Part shown: piece by piece, positions 37,127 to 49,909 of the stretch | Layout of the letters: each line of letters opens with the position of its first letter | Numbering within the stretch: position 1 is the stretch's first letter | NCBI GenBank assembly: GCA_038087875.1 | Contig: CM075977.1 | Location: forward strand, 91,450,001 to 91,514,000 | DNA length: 64,000 bases | Reading direction: 5' to 3' | Source: Malacoraja senta | Lineage: Eukaryota | Translations under genes and position numbers: made by a program | The notes under the pieces: model-generated | Seen by the model: only the letters and a program-made list of their open reading frames with translations | Databases searched by the model: none | What the model was told of the DNA's origin: nothing

Positions 37127-37309
37127 GAATGACACTGATGGATTGGCAATTTGGGTAAAACGATGGCAGATGGCATTTGATCTTGATGAGTGTGAGGTGA
37201 TGCACTTTGGGAACACTAATAAGATACAATAAATGGGAGGATCCTGATTCAGAGATGAGAGTTTAGTGTATGTCAAAGGATCCCTGATGATGAGGCAGGG
37301 ATTCTTGCT

Positions 37310-37840
37310 AATTCTTGCTATTGAGGGAGTGCAGCGTAGGTTTACAAGGTTAATTCCCGGGATGGCGGGACTGTCATATGCTGAGAGAATGGAGCGGCTG
37401 GGCTTGTAAACTCTGGAGTTTAGAAGGATGAGAGGGGATCTTATCAAAACATTTAAGATTATTAAGGGTTTGGACACGCTAGAGGGAGGAAACATGTTCC
37501 CGATGTTGGGGGAGTCCAGAACCATTGGGCCACAGTTTAAGAATAAGGAGTAAGCCATTTAGAACGGAGACGAGGAAACTCTTTTTCTCACAGAGAGTGG
37601 TGAGTCTGTGGAATTCTCTGCCCCAGAGGGTGGTGGAGGCCGGTTCTCTGGATACTTTCAAGAGAAAGCTAGATAGGGTTCTTAAAGATAGCCGAGTCAG
37701 GGGATATGCGGAGAAGGCAGGAACGGGGTACTGATTGGGGATGATCAGCCATGATCACATTGAATGGCGGTGCTGGCTCGAAGGGCCGAATGGCCTACCC
37801 CTGCACCTATTGTCTAATGTCTATTGTCTATTGTCTATTG
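37310..37840 (+). mobile_element. CR1 subfamily B 3' fragment
   Basis: Same family as 18178-18635; (CTATTGT)n tail. Confidence 0.92.
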
Positions 37841-37894
37841 GCAGATAAAGTACTGGGAAAAGTATGTGGGATACCTGTCTTCATTACCCTGGGA

Positions 37895-38052
37895 TAGACA
37901 GAAAATGCTGGATTAACTCAGCGGGACAAGCAGCAACGTCGAGACCCTTCGTCACCTAATTCCTTCTCTCCAGAGATGCTGCCTGTCCCTCTGAGTTACT
38001 CCAGCATTTTGTGTCTATCTTCGGTTTAAACCAGCATCTGCAGTTCCTTTTT
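37895..38052. repeat. Palindromic Penelope repeat pair with deleted centre
   Basis: Inverted arms; flanks TTCATTACCCTGGGA / TTCATTATCCTGGGA. Confidence 0.75.
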
Positions 38053-38684
38053 ATTCATTATCCTGGGAATAGAATGTAAAAACATTGTACACTGTAAAAC
38101 ATTGGTTAGGCCACACTGGAGTACTGTGTGGTATTCTGATCACTGCACTGTTGGAAGGCCATGATTCCTCTGGGAAGTGCTGAGGAGATTCAACAGGATG
38201 TTACCTGGATTGGAATATTTCAGTAATAATAAGTGGATACGTTGTATTTGTTTTCCAAGTAGCAGAGGAGGCTGAGGGCCAGGCAGGACCGAGGTACATA
38301 AAATCATGAGGGGCATTGAATAGGTAGATAGAAATAAACTTTTACCTCAAACCCATGCCCTCTGGTTTTAGTCGCAAAGGTTAGAAAATGCAACTGTGCT
38401 CTCTTTCAACTTATTACAAATATCAAGCTGCAACTTTGTCTCTTCTCTTCTGGGTCAGAATCCCAAAGCTCTCTGTACCAGCATAACAGCATCTCATCAC
38501 AGCTAGCCACCATCAGATTCAGGGCACGTAGAAATGGGCAAAAATGATGCCCCTGCCACCATCACCCACACACAACAAGTGAACAATGCCCCATATAATG
38601 CATGATACTGGAGACCTTCAACTGGTTATGCCTCATGGTCATAAACACCCTATACGCTGAAGAATGTTTGACAGGAAACATTAA

Positions 38685-39472
38685 TGGACCTGTCCCACTT
38701 AGGCGACAGCAGGAGACTATGCAGTCGCCACATGGTCGCCTCATGTTCGCGGGTAGTTGCCGGGGAGTCACCTTCATGGTCGCTAGGAGTTCCCGCATTC
38801 TGGGAACTTGTCGCAGCCTCATTATGGTCACCGCAAATTTTTCAACATGTTGAAAAATTAGCGGCAACTAGAATGAAGCCGCCATGGAGAGTAGCAAGAA
38901 TTCTCGTGCCGTAGGTGGGTTGCCAGGAGGTCCTAATGGGTTGCCAGGAGGTCGAAGGTTCTCGGAGGTTCTCGTAGGTTGGAGCCGGTGCTGACCGGTG
39001 AATTTCATTGGTTCATTGGGGAAAAAAAAGGTAAGCAGTAGTTTTTAGAACCAAATTTTTAGTACGTTAAATGTCCGCCGAGATTCACAGCCGTGTTTCT
39101 CTGGCTTCTTAAAAGTTGTCTCCACTCTTTCTCCCTCCTCTCCCGCCCCCTCTCCCCCTCTCTTTTAAATGACTTACCGTACACTGTGCTTTAGCCATCT
39201 TTATTACAGCGCCAACCTTCCAGCTCATCGCGGTGTGTGTCTGTATCACCTTGGCTTTGCACCGTGTGAATTCTTTAGACAGGGCAAGCGGGGGGCACGC
39301 TGTTTAAAAAATTCACACAGGCTGGTGAAGGAAGCGATGTGTTTGTGTGTGTATGTGTGTGTGTGTTCCACTCTGACAGTCGCCCTTCCAATTGCCGGTT
39401 ATTCAGGCGACTACCGGCAACTTGACAGTCCCCGGCAGTCCGCTTAAAAATCACCTAAGTGGGACAGGCACA
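38685..39472 (+). mobile_element. PIF/Harbinger-type MITE
   Basis: TGGACCTGTCCCACTTAGG / CCTAAGTGGGACAGGCACA; TAA TSD (38682-84, 39473-75). Confidence 0.9.
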
Positions 39473-40749
39473 TAACTTTTTTTTAGTTCCACAGATGCTG
39501 CTTCATCTGCTGAGTATTTCCAGCATTACCTGTTTTTATTGCACATTAGCTACTGTATGTTCTTTAAATTTAAACACATGGCAATGTAACTACTTTAATA
39601 CTGACAGCATGTTTTCTGGAGTTTATCTCACATTATTGGTTGTTTATTATAAACAGCATCTTAAATTTTCAGTATTCCCTTGGTTTATGAAAGGGCTTTG
39701 ATAATTTAAATCAGCACAGCACTGATTACAACCCAAGCCCTTGTCTCAATATTAAAAAGGACGGCCTCGGGATTCTGTTTCCAGAATCCCTCGTGTGCTT
39801 TAATTTATTGTGAAACTGAACAGCAGTGAATTCTCCCTAATAATTGCCATAAAAAATGGGAATAAAATTAAATGGCTTTGAATGTAACGCAAAGCCGCGG
39901 TGATTTCATGCGCACAGAGAGTAAATATTTCAATCGGTGAATTAGGAATGATTAGCACATGGAATCTATTGAAATATTAACTTGGTACTCAATCATGACA
40001 CATGATCTTTTGACCTACAATTTGAAAACTGCACACAAATTAGATCCGCACCCACCTTTTTCCCTTTCCGCGCCCTGTCTCTCCCACCCCCTCTCTCTAC
40101 TGCCCCCCGCCCACAACCCCCTTCTCCATTCCACCCCCTCCAATCACACCCTGCTGAACCTCTGCACACATCTGAGTGAAAATTGCACTGTAAACTCCTT
40201 TCATAATGTCAACGAGATCCCCTTGCACTCTGCATGATATCTCATCAATTTGGTACGAGTGGAATTTTACAATTTAAATAGATTGGAATCTTGTCTGGGT
40301 CGGAGTTGGTGGAAGCGGCAAATTTTCCTTTTCTGAAGGACCTTCCAGCAAATGTCATGATCATTTTTGCTGGAGGTGATCCAAAGTGAGCAGATTTATT
40401 GAATTGAATGTGGCAACTTTACAATAGAGGAACTTGTGATGACAACCTCTGAATTGCTCGTCGAAGGTTACAGCCATTTCACTGTCACATTGAGTGTCAA
40501 TTTTGTACCAAAACTATTCTCATACATGATTTGTGCAGGCAACCGTGGCCTTACTGCTCAATCTGAATCTTTCAGCCGCAACTTCCAAAGAACAGTGGGA
40601 GCATGTATTCTTGTCTGACTAAAGCTACAAAATCATTGGCAAAACAGGCCAAATATTTCCTGGGAGCCCACCAACTGTAAATCATTGCAACAAGCATCCA
40701 AATTACTGCTGTGGGTTGCTAATATATGAAGTATTTTTCCATGATGACA

Positions 40750-41256
40750 AAAGCTGGTTTGGTGCGGCCTTTCCCAGAGTCGGGCCCAGAGTTTCAGCGG
40801 CGGTGCAGCGGAGACTTTAACATCGCGGAGCGGGGCAACCCCTTGCCGGGGGTCGCCGTAGAAGAACACCGACCGCCGGCCTGCGGCCTACAACTTCTGG
40901 AAGCCGCGGTCTCCGGTAAGGAGGTGGCGGATTTGGGAGCTCCGGGCCGCGGGGTGTGCTCGACCGGTCCCGACGTCGCCGTTCTGACTATCCCGACCAG
41001 AGGGCTTGAACATCGGGCGTAGAGGCGACTATGGAGGGTCAGGGCCCCGACCACGGGTGAACAAGGGAGGAGGAGGAGGGGGACTGTCTGAACTGTATTA
41101 CCTTCCACCACAGTGAAGAATGCTGTGGTGGATGTCTGTGTTGGATTATGTTGTGTATTGTGTCCTTTTTTAATTGTAACGCTGCATGGTAAATTATATT
41201 TCACTGCACTTTATGGTGCATGTGACAAATAAATCTGAACTTGAACTCGGACTTGA
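40750..41256 (+). mobile_element. GC-rich retroposon with Rex/Babar-type tail
   Basis: Homologous in reverse orientation to 41688-42190; GTGACAAATAAA then (ACTTGA)n. Confidence 0.75.
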
Positions 41257-41516
41257 AGAGACTGTGGACGAAGAAATCTGAAACATATGAAAACAGAACA
41301 GTGGAAGAACACAGTGGATCAATCAGCATCTGTGGAGGCAAGAAGTGTAAGTCGATGTTTTAGGTCCCTGCATCAGGACACGTGCTGATTCACCCTCTGA
41401 GTTCTCGCAGCTTCTGTTGTTCCCCCATGGTGTTGCATATGTGTAACCAAAGCTAGAATATGATTTTGCCGTCCAACTTGGCAAGAGTCAGGAGTCAAGT
41501 GTTTTTTATTGTCATA

Positions 41517-42616
41517 CAGGTCCACCACTGGTTTTTCTCTACCCCTGGTTCCAGAGCATTTACTGGATTATCCGTTTTGCTGGGCCAACGGAGATCATGG
41601 CCTCCGAGAGGAGTCCAACAGTTCCGGAATGGTCCGCCTAGGCTGCCAGAGAGCCAAGAATACCGACCCACAAGGTCAGCCTCAGAAGCTTCAAGTTCAT
41701 GTTCAAGTTCACATTTATTGTCACATGCTCCATTAAGGTACAAGGAATTTTTGAGTTACCATGTAGCCATACAATCAAAAAGAGCACAATACACAATAGA
41801 ATTTAACATGAACACCCACCGCAGTGGAATCAACATTCTTCACTGTGATGGAAGGCAATAACGTTCAGTCAATCTTCCTCCTTTGTTCACCCATGGTCGG
41901 AGCTATGAACCCTCCGTAGTCGCTGCTACGAACGGCCCGATGTTCAAGCCCTCTCGTCAGGATGCTCGAAACTCCGACGTCGGGACAGACGGAACACACT
42001 CTTGGAGTTCCCGAATCGACCACTTTCTTACCGGAGTAACACGATGTAATAGTCCGCAGGCCGGCGGTCGGAGCACTTCTTCTGCCGATCCCCGGCAAGG
42101 GATCACCCCGCTCCGCGATGTTAAAGTCCGGGCCGCGCCTGCTGCTGAAACTCTGGGCCGACTCCGAGAAAGGCCGCACCAATCCAGTTGTTAGGCCGCG
42201 AGTGGGTGAAGATGCGGCAAAGAGAAAAGTCGCATCTCCGTCGAGGTAAGTGACTGTAAACAGATTCCCCCTATTCCCACCATGCCCACCCCCCCCCCCC
42301 CCCCCACCACCACACACACACACACACACACTGAAACATACATTTGGACATTATGGGAGATTTGGGGAATGGATCTGATTATAGCTGATGATGAGAATGG
42401 GGGTTGGTTTTGCATAGACCCTGCCACTTGTGGCAAATTTGAATCGCCGATTGGCGTGGAAATCCTGATGAGGTCGAGATTGGCGAGGAAGTCCTAATGA
42501 GGTCGCCCGGCCCAGGCGCCACATTTTCGGGGGAATTTCAAGTGCTCTCTCGTAATTTTGTCCAGATTAAAGGAGGTGCCGGACTACCAGTTGCCGGAAA
42601 AACGGTAGTGGACCTG
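41517..42616. mobile_element. pogo/Tigger-like MITE containing a nested retroposon
   Basis: TA-CAGGTCCACCACTGGTTTTTC ... GAAAAACGGTAGTGGACCTG-CA; sits in a Rex/Babar 3' end (41485-41515 and ~42620-42865). Confidence 0.7.
41688..42265 (-). mobile_element. GC-rich retroposon extending further 5' than the 40750 copy
   Basis: Same family as 40750-41256, about 75 bp longer at the 5' end. Confidence 0.75.
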
Positions 42617-42900
42617 CATTTCCTGAAACGCAGGAATTTCATTGCAGCACAACAAATATCTAAACATTGTACTCTGTAAAGACGATGATAAGCAATAAAA
42701 CATAAATTCAGTATATTTAAAAAATCAACACTGCAAGGACAAAACTATATTAAAAAATGCCACCCGAGTTGGATATTAGCTGGAGGATGTAGTATTTAAT
42801 AGCCTGATCGTTGATGGGAAGAAGCTGCTGCTGAATCTGGACGTGACAGTTTTCAGGCTCCTGTGTAGCAGCTCATCCATTGTCAGAGCAGGTGACATTT

Positions 42901-43829
42901 TTTTTTTTTTTTTATTTTTATTTATTAGCAGTGTACAAAAGTATAATCCGCGGCATATGACATAATACAGTTATTGTACAGCTTCAATTTTAATTTTTAG
43001 CTAAAGATGAGAAAGAAGAAGAGAGAAAAAGCTAGAGAGAGAGAGAGAAAATGAATGTGCAAGAATAGAACCCCTAGACTACCAAATTGGTGTAGCCGAA
43101 GAGTGAGTAAGTAAAAGAAATAAGAAAAACGTAGAGAAATAAAGAGACAAAAACAGAAAGAAAAACAAAAAGTGATGATATACCTGCTTCGTATCTCTCC
43201 CCACCCATCACCCAACCCGTAATTAGATTTAATTCCAAAATTGTGTTGCACCATACTATCCCTGTAATGAATCAATGAATGGTGTCCATGTCTTCGAAAA
43301 TTGCTCTGGTTTTTCTGCTAAGACAAGTCTCATATTTTCAAAGGTACACAAAAATGCTGGAGAAACTCAGCGGGTGCAGCAGCATCTATGGAGCGAAGGA
43401 AATAGGCAACGTTTCGGCCCGAAACCCTTCTTCAGACTGATCTCCTCCTATCTCATATTTTCAAGATGTAGCGTCTCAAACATGTTTGTAATCCACATTT
43501 TAAGAGTAGGGGCAGATGTATGTTTCCAGAATTTAAGTATTCGTTTTTTCGCCGTTATCAGGCCATAATTGAGGAAACGTCTTTGAAATATTGACAGCTC
43601 AGAGCAGGCTTCTGACGTTCCTACAATAATCAGTTCCGTGTCAGGGTCCAGTTTTGTTTTTAATGTTTTTGAGAAAATTTCAAAAATTCCTTTCCAAAAG
43701 TTATGCAATTTTATGCAAGAGGCGAAGGAATGTGTTATAGTTGCTTCTTGAAGGAGACATTTGTCACAAATAGGAGATACATTTGGAAAGATCTTATTCA
43801 GTTTAGTCTTTGAATAGTAGAGTCTGTGT
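42901..43829 (-). mobile_element. 5'-truncated L1-clade LINE with poly(A) tail and 15-bp TSD
   Basis: ORF2 knuckle CDKC..ATITHSFASC..LHNFW; poly-T at 42898-42912; GAGCAGGTGACATTT at 42886-42900 and 43830-43844. Confidence 0.92.
43342..43450 (-). repeat. Solo Penelope repeat inserted in L1, hammerhead core intact
   Basis: TSD TCTCATATTTTCAA (43328-41, 43451-64); minus CTGAAGA A GGGTTTCGGGCC GAAA CG TT. Confidence 0.8.
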
Positions 43830-44289
43830 GAGCAGGTGACATTTATTACAACATTTAAAAATATTGGGCAGATTGCTTATTAATGCTCAAAACCTTTCTC
43901 CATTGTTATGTTATCGTTGATTTGGAATATTATTTTGTCACCTTACTCCCTACAATAGCTTTGTAGTTCGTGTTGTTGTTATTTTGCAGGCATGGTCCAG
44001 AGAGCTCTTTCTCTTTCATGCTTTGAAGAGCTAGTCATTTACCATTGGCGGCATTCAACAGGTCCAGTGACTGGGAGTGTACGGAATAACTTCGGGATCA
44101 GTTAATCGTAGTTGAAGACCACCATTTCCAGTAAGGAGAAAGGGCAAGAATGGCAAGGTAAGGGATCATTGGATTTAGTTTAGAGATACAGCGTGGAAAC
44201 AGCGTTGTAAGCGCTGTAAGGCAGCAACTCTACCATTGTGCCACCATGCTGTCCTGAATGACAAGAGAGTTTGTAAATTTAGTCAAAAA

Positions 44290-45945
44290 GAAAAATGAAA
44301 CACGTGTAAGGTTTAACATGGAACATAAAACGGTACAGCACAGGAAGTTTAGGAAGATAAAATCAGAAAAAAGTATTTGAAGAATATAAAGAAAGTTGGA
44401 AGGAACTAGAAGGAATTGAGGGCTAAAATAGCCATGAAATGTCCTTGCCAACTTGAATTAAAGAGAATACCAAGGAATTTTATGTACACATTAAAAAGGC
44501 AAAAGGGTAACCAGGGAGCATATAAGACGTCTCAAAGATAAAGAAAGGAATTTGTGCTTGGGCTCAGAGGATGGAGGCAGGCTACTAAATAAATAGTTTG
44601 TATTATTGGTAGACACAAGAAACTGCAGATGCTGGAATTTTGAGCAAAAAACACAAAATGTTGGAGTAACTCAATGGGTCAGGCAACATCTCTGGAAAAT
44701 GTGGATAGGCCATGTTTTGGGTTGGCACCTTTCTTCGGACTTCTTCAGTTAGCCTTACGTCTGCATTAGGGAAGCTATTGAAGAGGATTCTTAGGGATAG
44801 GGATTAATCGCATTTGGAAGAGAATTAGCATGGTTTTCTGCATGGCAGATCATGTCTTCGGAATTTAATTGAGTTTTTTGACAAGGTGACAAAAGTGATT
44901 AAAGATGGTAGGGCAGTGGATGTTGTCCATAGGGACTTTAATGATTCATTTGACAAGGTCCCTCATGGTAGGCTGATCCAGAAGATCAAGATTTATGGTG
45001 CTTTGGTAGTTTGGATTCAGAACTAGCTTCCCATAGAAGACAGAGGGTTATGGTGGAAGGGTGGTTATTTTGGCTGGGGGTCCATGACCATGATATTCCA
45101 CAGAAATCTATGCTGGGACCTTAGACGACATAAGTATTTGTGAAGTTATGGATAGTGAAGAAGGCTGTCAAAGGATTCAACAGGATAGTGATCAATTACA
45201 GGTATGGGTGGAGAAATGGCAGATGGAGGTGTTGCACCTTGGAAATGTAAGAGGAAAGTATACAGTAATGAAAGTACCCTTAACTATAATGATGTACAGA
45301 TAAATCTTGGGGTCGAGGTCCATTGCTCCCTGAAAGTAGCATCACAAGCAGATAGAGTGGGAAGGAATGTGTACAATTTGCTTTACTTCATCAGTCAGAG
45401 CATTGAGTATAAGAATCAGGAAGTCAAGTTGCAGCTGTATAAAACTTTGGTCAGACAACCTTTATGGTATTGTGTGCAGTTCAGGTCACCCCATTACAGG
45501 AGGGACGTACAGACTTTGGAGAGGGGGCAGAAGAGGTTTACTGGGATGGTGCCTGGATTAGAGGGTATTAGCGATAAGGAGAGAGTGGACAGACTTGAAT
45601 TGTTTTCTCTGGAGTGTCGGTGGGAGATCTGATGGAGGTTTTGACATTTATGAGAGGCACAGATAATGTCGGCAGTCTCAAGCTTCTTCCCAGGGTGGAA
45701 ATGTCAAACACTAGGTGACATAGCTTTAAGGTGAGAGGGGAAAGGTTAAAGGGGATGGGTGAGGCAGGTCTATTTACACATGGTGTGGTGGACAATAGTG
45801 GTGTTTATGAGACTGTTAGATAGGTGTATGAATATGCATGGAATGGAGGGATATGGATCACATGAAGGCAGAGGAGATTAATTTAATTTGGCGTCACGTT
45901 TAGCACAAAAGATGTGATCCTTTGCTAAACTGTTCTATGTTCAAT
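44290..45945 (+). mobile_element. Old decayed CR1 with a Penelope repeat at ~44607-44745
   Basis: LQLYKTLVRQPL.YCVQF.SPHYRRD; GRSCL.NLIEFFD.VT. Confidence 0.88.
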
Positions 45946-46654
45946 TTTTAGTTCATCCAATTCATGAGAGGTGTGTCAGGTGAATGTTTCTGATTAGAGA
46001 CTACTCAGCGAAGACCTTTGACAACATAAAGTGCCTTTATTGCAGCCTAGGGGAATGCACAAAGATGCATCACCAACACTCTTGTTGTTATTCCACAAGA
46101 TAGTCACAGATAGTCTGGGCGGCCACGGTGGCACAGCAGTAGAGTTGCTGCTTTACAACGCTTGCAGTGCCGAACACCCAGGTTCGATCCCGACTACGGG
46201 TGCTGACAGAAGGGTCGGTATAAGTCCGTACTAAACATGATGCTAAATTAAACTATTCTTCTCTACCTGTATTTGATCCATACCCCTCTGTTCCCTGCAT
46301 ATCCATGTGTCTATCTAAAAACCTGTTGTGTCTACCTCACCACCCACCCCCTGCCCAACCATGGCAGCTTGTTCTAAGCACCCACCACTCTCTATAAACA
46401 ACTTGACCTGCACATCTCCTTTAAACTTTGCCCCTTTCATCTTAATAGCAATGCCCTCTAGTCTTTGACATTTCCATCCTGGGAAATAGTTCCTGAGCCA
46501 TGCAGCATGGAAACAGTGGCCCAGCCCACCCATGCCTCCCAGGTTTTAGATCTGAGTTATAGTTATAGCCTCATCTGCACGTGTTTGGTCCTTATTCCAC
46601 AAAATATTCCCGTTCATGTACCTGGCTAAATGTCTTATAAATAGCTTCTCAGAT

Positions 46655-46915
46655 GTAATCAGGCAACGGAATCATTCTACCACAACCAGAGAGCAGTGCT
46701 GAACTACTATCTACCTCTTTGGTGACCCTCAGACTATCCTTAATCGGACTTTACTGGCTTTACCTTGCACTAAATCTTATTCCCTTATCATGTATCTATA
46801 CACTGTAACTGGCTTGATTATAATCATGTATTGTCTTTCTGCTGACTAGATAGCATGCAACAAAGGCTTTTCACTGTACCTCAGTACGTGTGACAATAAA
46901 CTAAACTAAACTGAA
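46655..46915 (+). mobile_element. Rex/Babar 3' UTR inserted in a minus-strand CR1 fragment
   Basis: TTTACCTTGCACTAAA..CTTTTCACTGTACCTC..GTGACAATAAA(CTAAA)n. Confidence 0.7.
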
Positions 46916-47207
46916 CACTACAGTACCCGTCTCCGCTGTTTCCTTTGGCAGCTCGTTCCATTTACACATGACTCCTGCGTGAACAAATTGTCCCTCAGGT
47001 CTTTAAATCTTGTGCCTCTCACTTTATGCCCACTCATTCTGGACACCTCTACCTTGGGAAAGAGGCCTCTCATGATTTTGTATACCTCTAAAAGAGAAAC
47101 ATATCTCATCCTATCCAGTCTCTCTTTAAAATCAACCTCTTGAGTCCTGGGTAATATCCTGGTGGTGTTTTTCTGCACATATTCTACTTAATGACTGTTC
47201 CTGTAGC

Positions 47208-47510
47208 ACGACAACAAAAATGCTGGAGAAACTCAGCGGGTGAGGCAGCATCTATGGGGCGAAGGAAATAGGCGACGTTTCAGGTCAAGACCCTTCTTCA
47301 GACTGATGTGAGGGTGAGGGGGGGGGGCAGGAAGAAGAAAGGAAAAGGCGGAGACAGTGGGCAGAGGGAGAGCTGAGAAGGGGAGGAGATAGCAGGGACA
47401 ACCTGAAATTAGAGAAGTCAATGTTCATACCGCTGGGGTTTAAACTGCCCAAGCAAAATATGAGGTGCTGCTCCTCCAATTTACGGTGGTCCTCACTCTG
47501 GCCATGGAGG
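47208..47510 (-). mobile_element. Penelope 3' end: GIY-YIG C-terminus followed on the same strand by a hammerhead-bearing repeat
   Basis: ORF 47285..47479 EEQHLIFCLGSLNPSGMNIDFSNFR; CTGAAGA A GGGT CTTG ACCT GAAA CG TC at 47274-47301. Confidence 0.87.
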
Positions 47511-47739
47511 ATAATTCTGGGTTAGGATGTGGTCGCAGAGTTGGAGGGAAGGGGGAATCACAGAGGGGGGGGGGGCAGTGAGAGAGGAGGTTGTTAAACT
47601 CTCTTTGGAGAGAGGAGGTAACCAGAGCTCCAAATGTGGTGTCACCAAAGTGTTGGACAGCTGTAGCATGATGTCCCAACTCCTTGGCTCAGTAGCATTA
47701 CATGAAAGCAGACAAGCCAAACACGTTCTTCACCATGAA

Positions 47740-47970
47740 ATGTGTAGGAAAGAAATGCAGATGCTGGTTTAAACCAAAGATAGACACAAAATGCTGGAGT
47801 AACTCAGTGGGACAGGCAGCATCTCTGGAGAGAAGGAATGGGTGACGTTTCGGGTCCAGACACTTCTTCAGACTGAGAGCCCCTGACTCGACCTGAAATG
47901 TCACCCATTCCTTCTCTCCATAGATGTTGCCTGTCCTGCTGAGTTACTCCAGCATTTTGTGTCTATCTAC
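47740..47970. repeat. Palindromic Penelope repeat pair
   Basis: Inverted arms of ~75 bp; minus hammerhead motif at 47844-47871 with one stem II mismatch. Confidence 0.85.
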
Positions 47971-48524
47971 ATTTTTCATCACCATGTCCACATCCTTCTG
48001 AAAGATACATCTGCCAATGCTCAAAGCTTTTCATTGCATGTATCCAACTGTTTTCATCTATAGTAAAAACAGAAAGTGTTGGAAGCATTCAGCAGGTGGG
48101 GCAGTTGTAAAACCAACTTGTTTTCTTAGTTTCTCAGATGACAATATAGCTAACATTGTTTTGATGAAGGATTGTTGAATTCCATTTTCCTTTCCACAAA
48201 TGCTACCTGATCTTCTGAGTGCTTCCAACATTTTCTGGATTTAATTGAGTTTTCCTTCATTTTCAGTGATTCTGATTTGCAGCTTGCAATGTAGACAGTC
48301 CTGTCCAGTTACCATTTTATTCTGCATCCCAGCTGTAGCTGGCACATGCACCAAACTTTCACTTGGACTGTCCCACAGTAGTTTTAAACCTGTTGACACA
48401 CCATCTGTCAAAACCTCAAAGCTACTCTGTGCTCACCCCAAATAGGGAGGAGGGAACGAGGAGGCACATGTTAACTTTAACGTTAATCAGCAGAGAGCGG
48501 GGGATGAGAAAGTGGGGTGTATCC

Positions 48525-49500
48525 ATATTTACACTATATATTAATGATTTGGACGAGAGAATTGAATGCAACATCTCCAAGTTTGCGGATGACACGAAGC
48601 TGGGGGGCAGTGTTAGCTGTGAGGAGGATGTTAGGAGGCTGCAAGGTGACTTGGATAGGTTGGGTGAGTGGGCAAATGCATGGCAGATGCAGTATAAAGT
48701 GGATAAATGTGAGGTTATCCACTTTGGTGGCAAGAACAGGAAAGTAGATTATTATCTGAATGGTGGCCGATTAGGAAAAGGGGAGATGCAACGAGACCTG
48801 GGTGTCATGGTACACCAGTCATTGAAAGTAGGCATGCAGGTGCAGCAGGCAGTGAAGAAAGCGAATGGTATGTTAGCATTCATAGCAAAAGGATTTGAGT
48901 ATAGGAGCAGGGAGGTTCTACTGCAGTTGTACAGGGCCTTGGTGAGACCACACCTGGAGTATTGTGTACAGTTTTGGTCCCCTAATCTGAGGAAAGACAT
49001 TCTTGCCATAGAGGGAGTACAGAGAAGGTTCACCAGACTGATTCCTGGGATGTCAGGACTTTCATATGAAGAAAGACTGGATAGACTCGGCTTGTATTCG
49101 CTAGAATTTAGAAGATTGAGGGGGGATCTTATAGAAACTTACAAAATTCTTAAGGGGTTGGACAGGCTAGATGCAGGAAGATTGTTCCCGATCTTGGGGA
49201 AGTCCAGAACAAGGGGTCACAGTTTAAGGATAAGGGGGAAGTCTTTTAGGACCGAGGAGACCATTTTTTTTCACACAGAGAGTGGTGAATCTGTGGAATT
49301 CTCTGCCACAGAAGGTAGTTGAGGCCAGTTCATTGGCTATATTTAAGAGGGAGTTAGATGTGGCCCTTGTGGCTAAAGGGATCAGGGGGTATGGAGAGAA
49401 GGCAGGTACAGGATACTGAGTTGGATGATCAGCCATGATCATATTGAATGGCGGTGCAGGCTCAAAGGGCCGAATGGCCTACTCCTGCACCTATTTTCTA
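48525..49500 (+). mobile_element. Young CR1 subfamily A (5'-truncated, frameshift near 49255)
   Basis: FTLYINDL..FADD..LVRPHLEYC; near-identical to the 16270 copy. Confidence 0.96.
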
Positions 49501-49692
49501 TATATGATGAGACACAAGGATCTTGTCATCATCAGTGGTCTCAGCTTCCACTGTAGACCATTGATCTCAGTATGGCTCAAGCAGTGTTCACTATGGGTAG
49601 GGGGATGGGAAGGAGCGGGAGGGGGTGGTGTGATGCATTAGTGGTTGATCATAGTTAGTTACAGCCACTTCAACCAACATGTCACCTTGCCT

Positions 49693-49909
49693 AGGAAGGA
49701 ACTGCAGATGCTGGTTTGTACCAAAGATAGATACAAAATGCTGGAGTAACTCAGCAGGACAGGCAGCATCTCTGGAGAGAAGGAATGGGTGACGTTTGGG
49801 TCGAGACCCTTCTTCAGATTCAGTTTCGACCAGAAACGTCACCCATTCCTTCTATCCAGAGATGCTGCTTGTCCCGCTGATTTACTCCAACATTTTGTGT
49901 CTATCTTCG
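49693..49909. repeat. Palindromic Penelope repeat pair with 14-bp TSD
   Basis: ATGTCACCTTGCCT (49679-92) / ATGTCACCATGCCT (49910-23). Confidence 0.85.

Noticed and set aside
42236-42256. U1 snRNA-like 5' end (ACTTACCT on minus)
   Set aside because: Only 8 nt match; nothing else of U1 follows
42466-42495. CTGATGA hammerhead candidates (also ~38, 348, 59341, 60331)
   Set aside because: No stem II followed by a properly placed GAAA and UH
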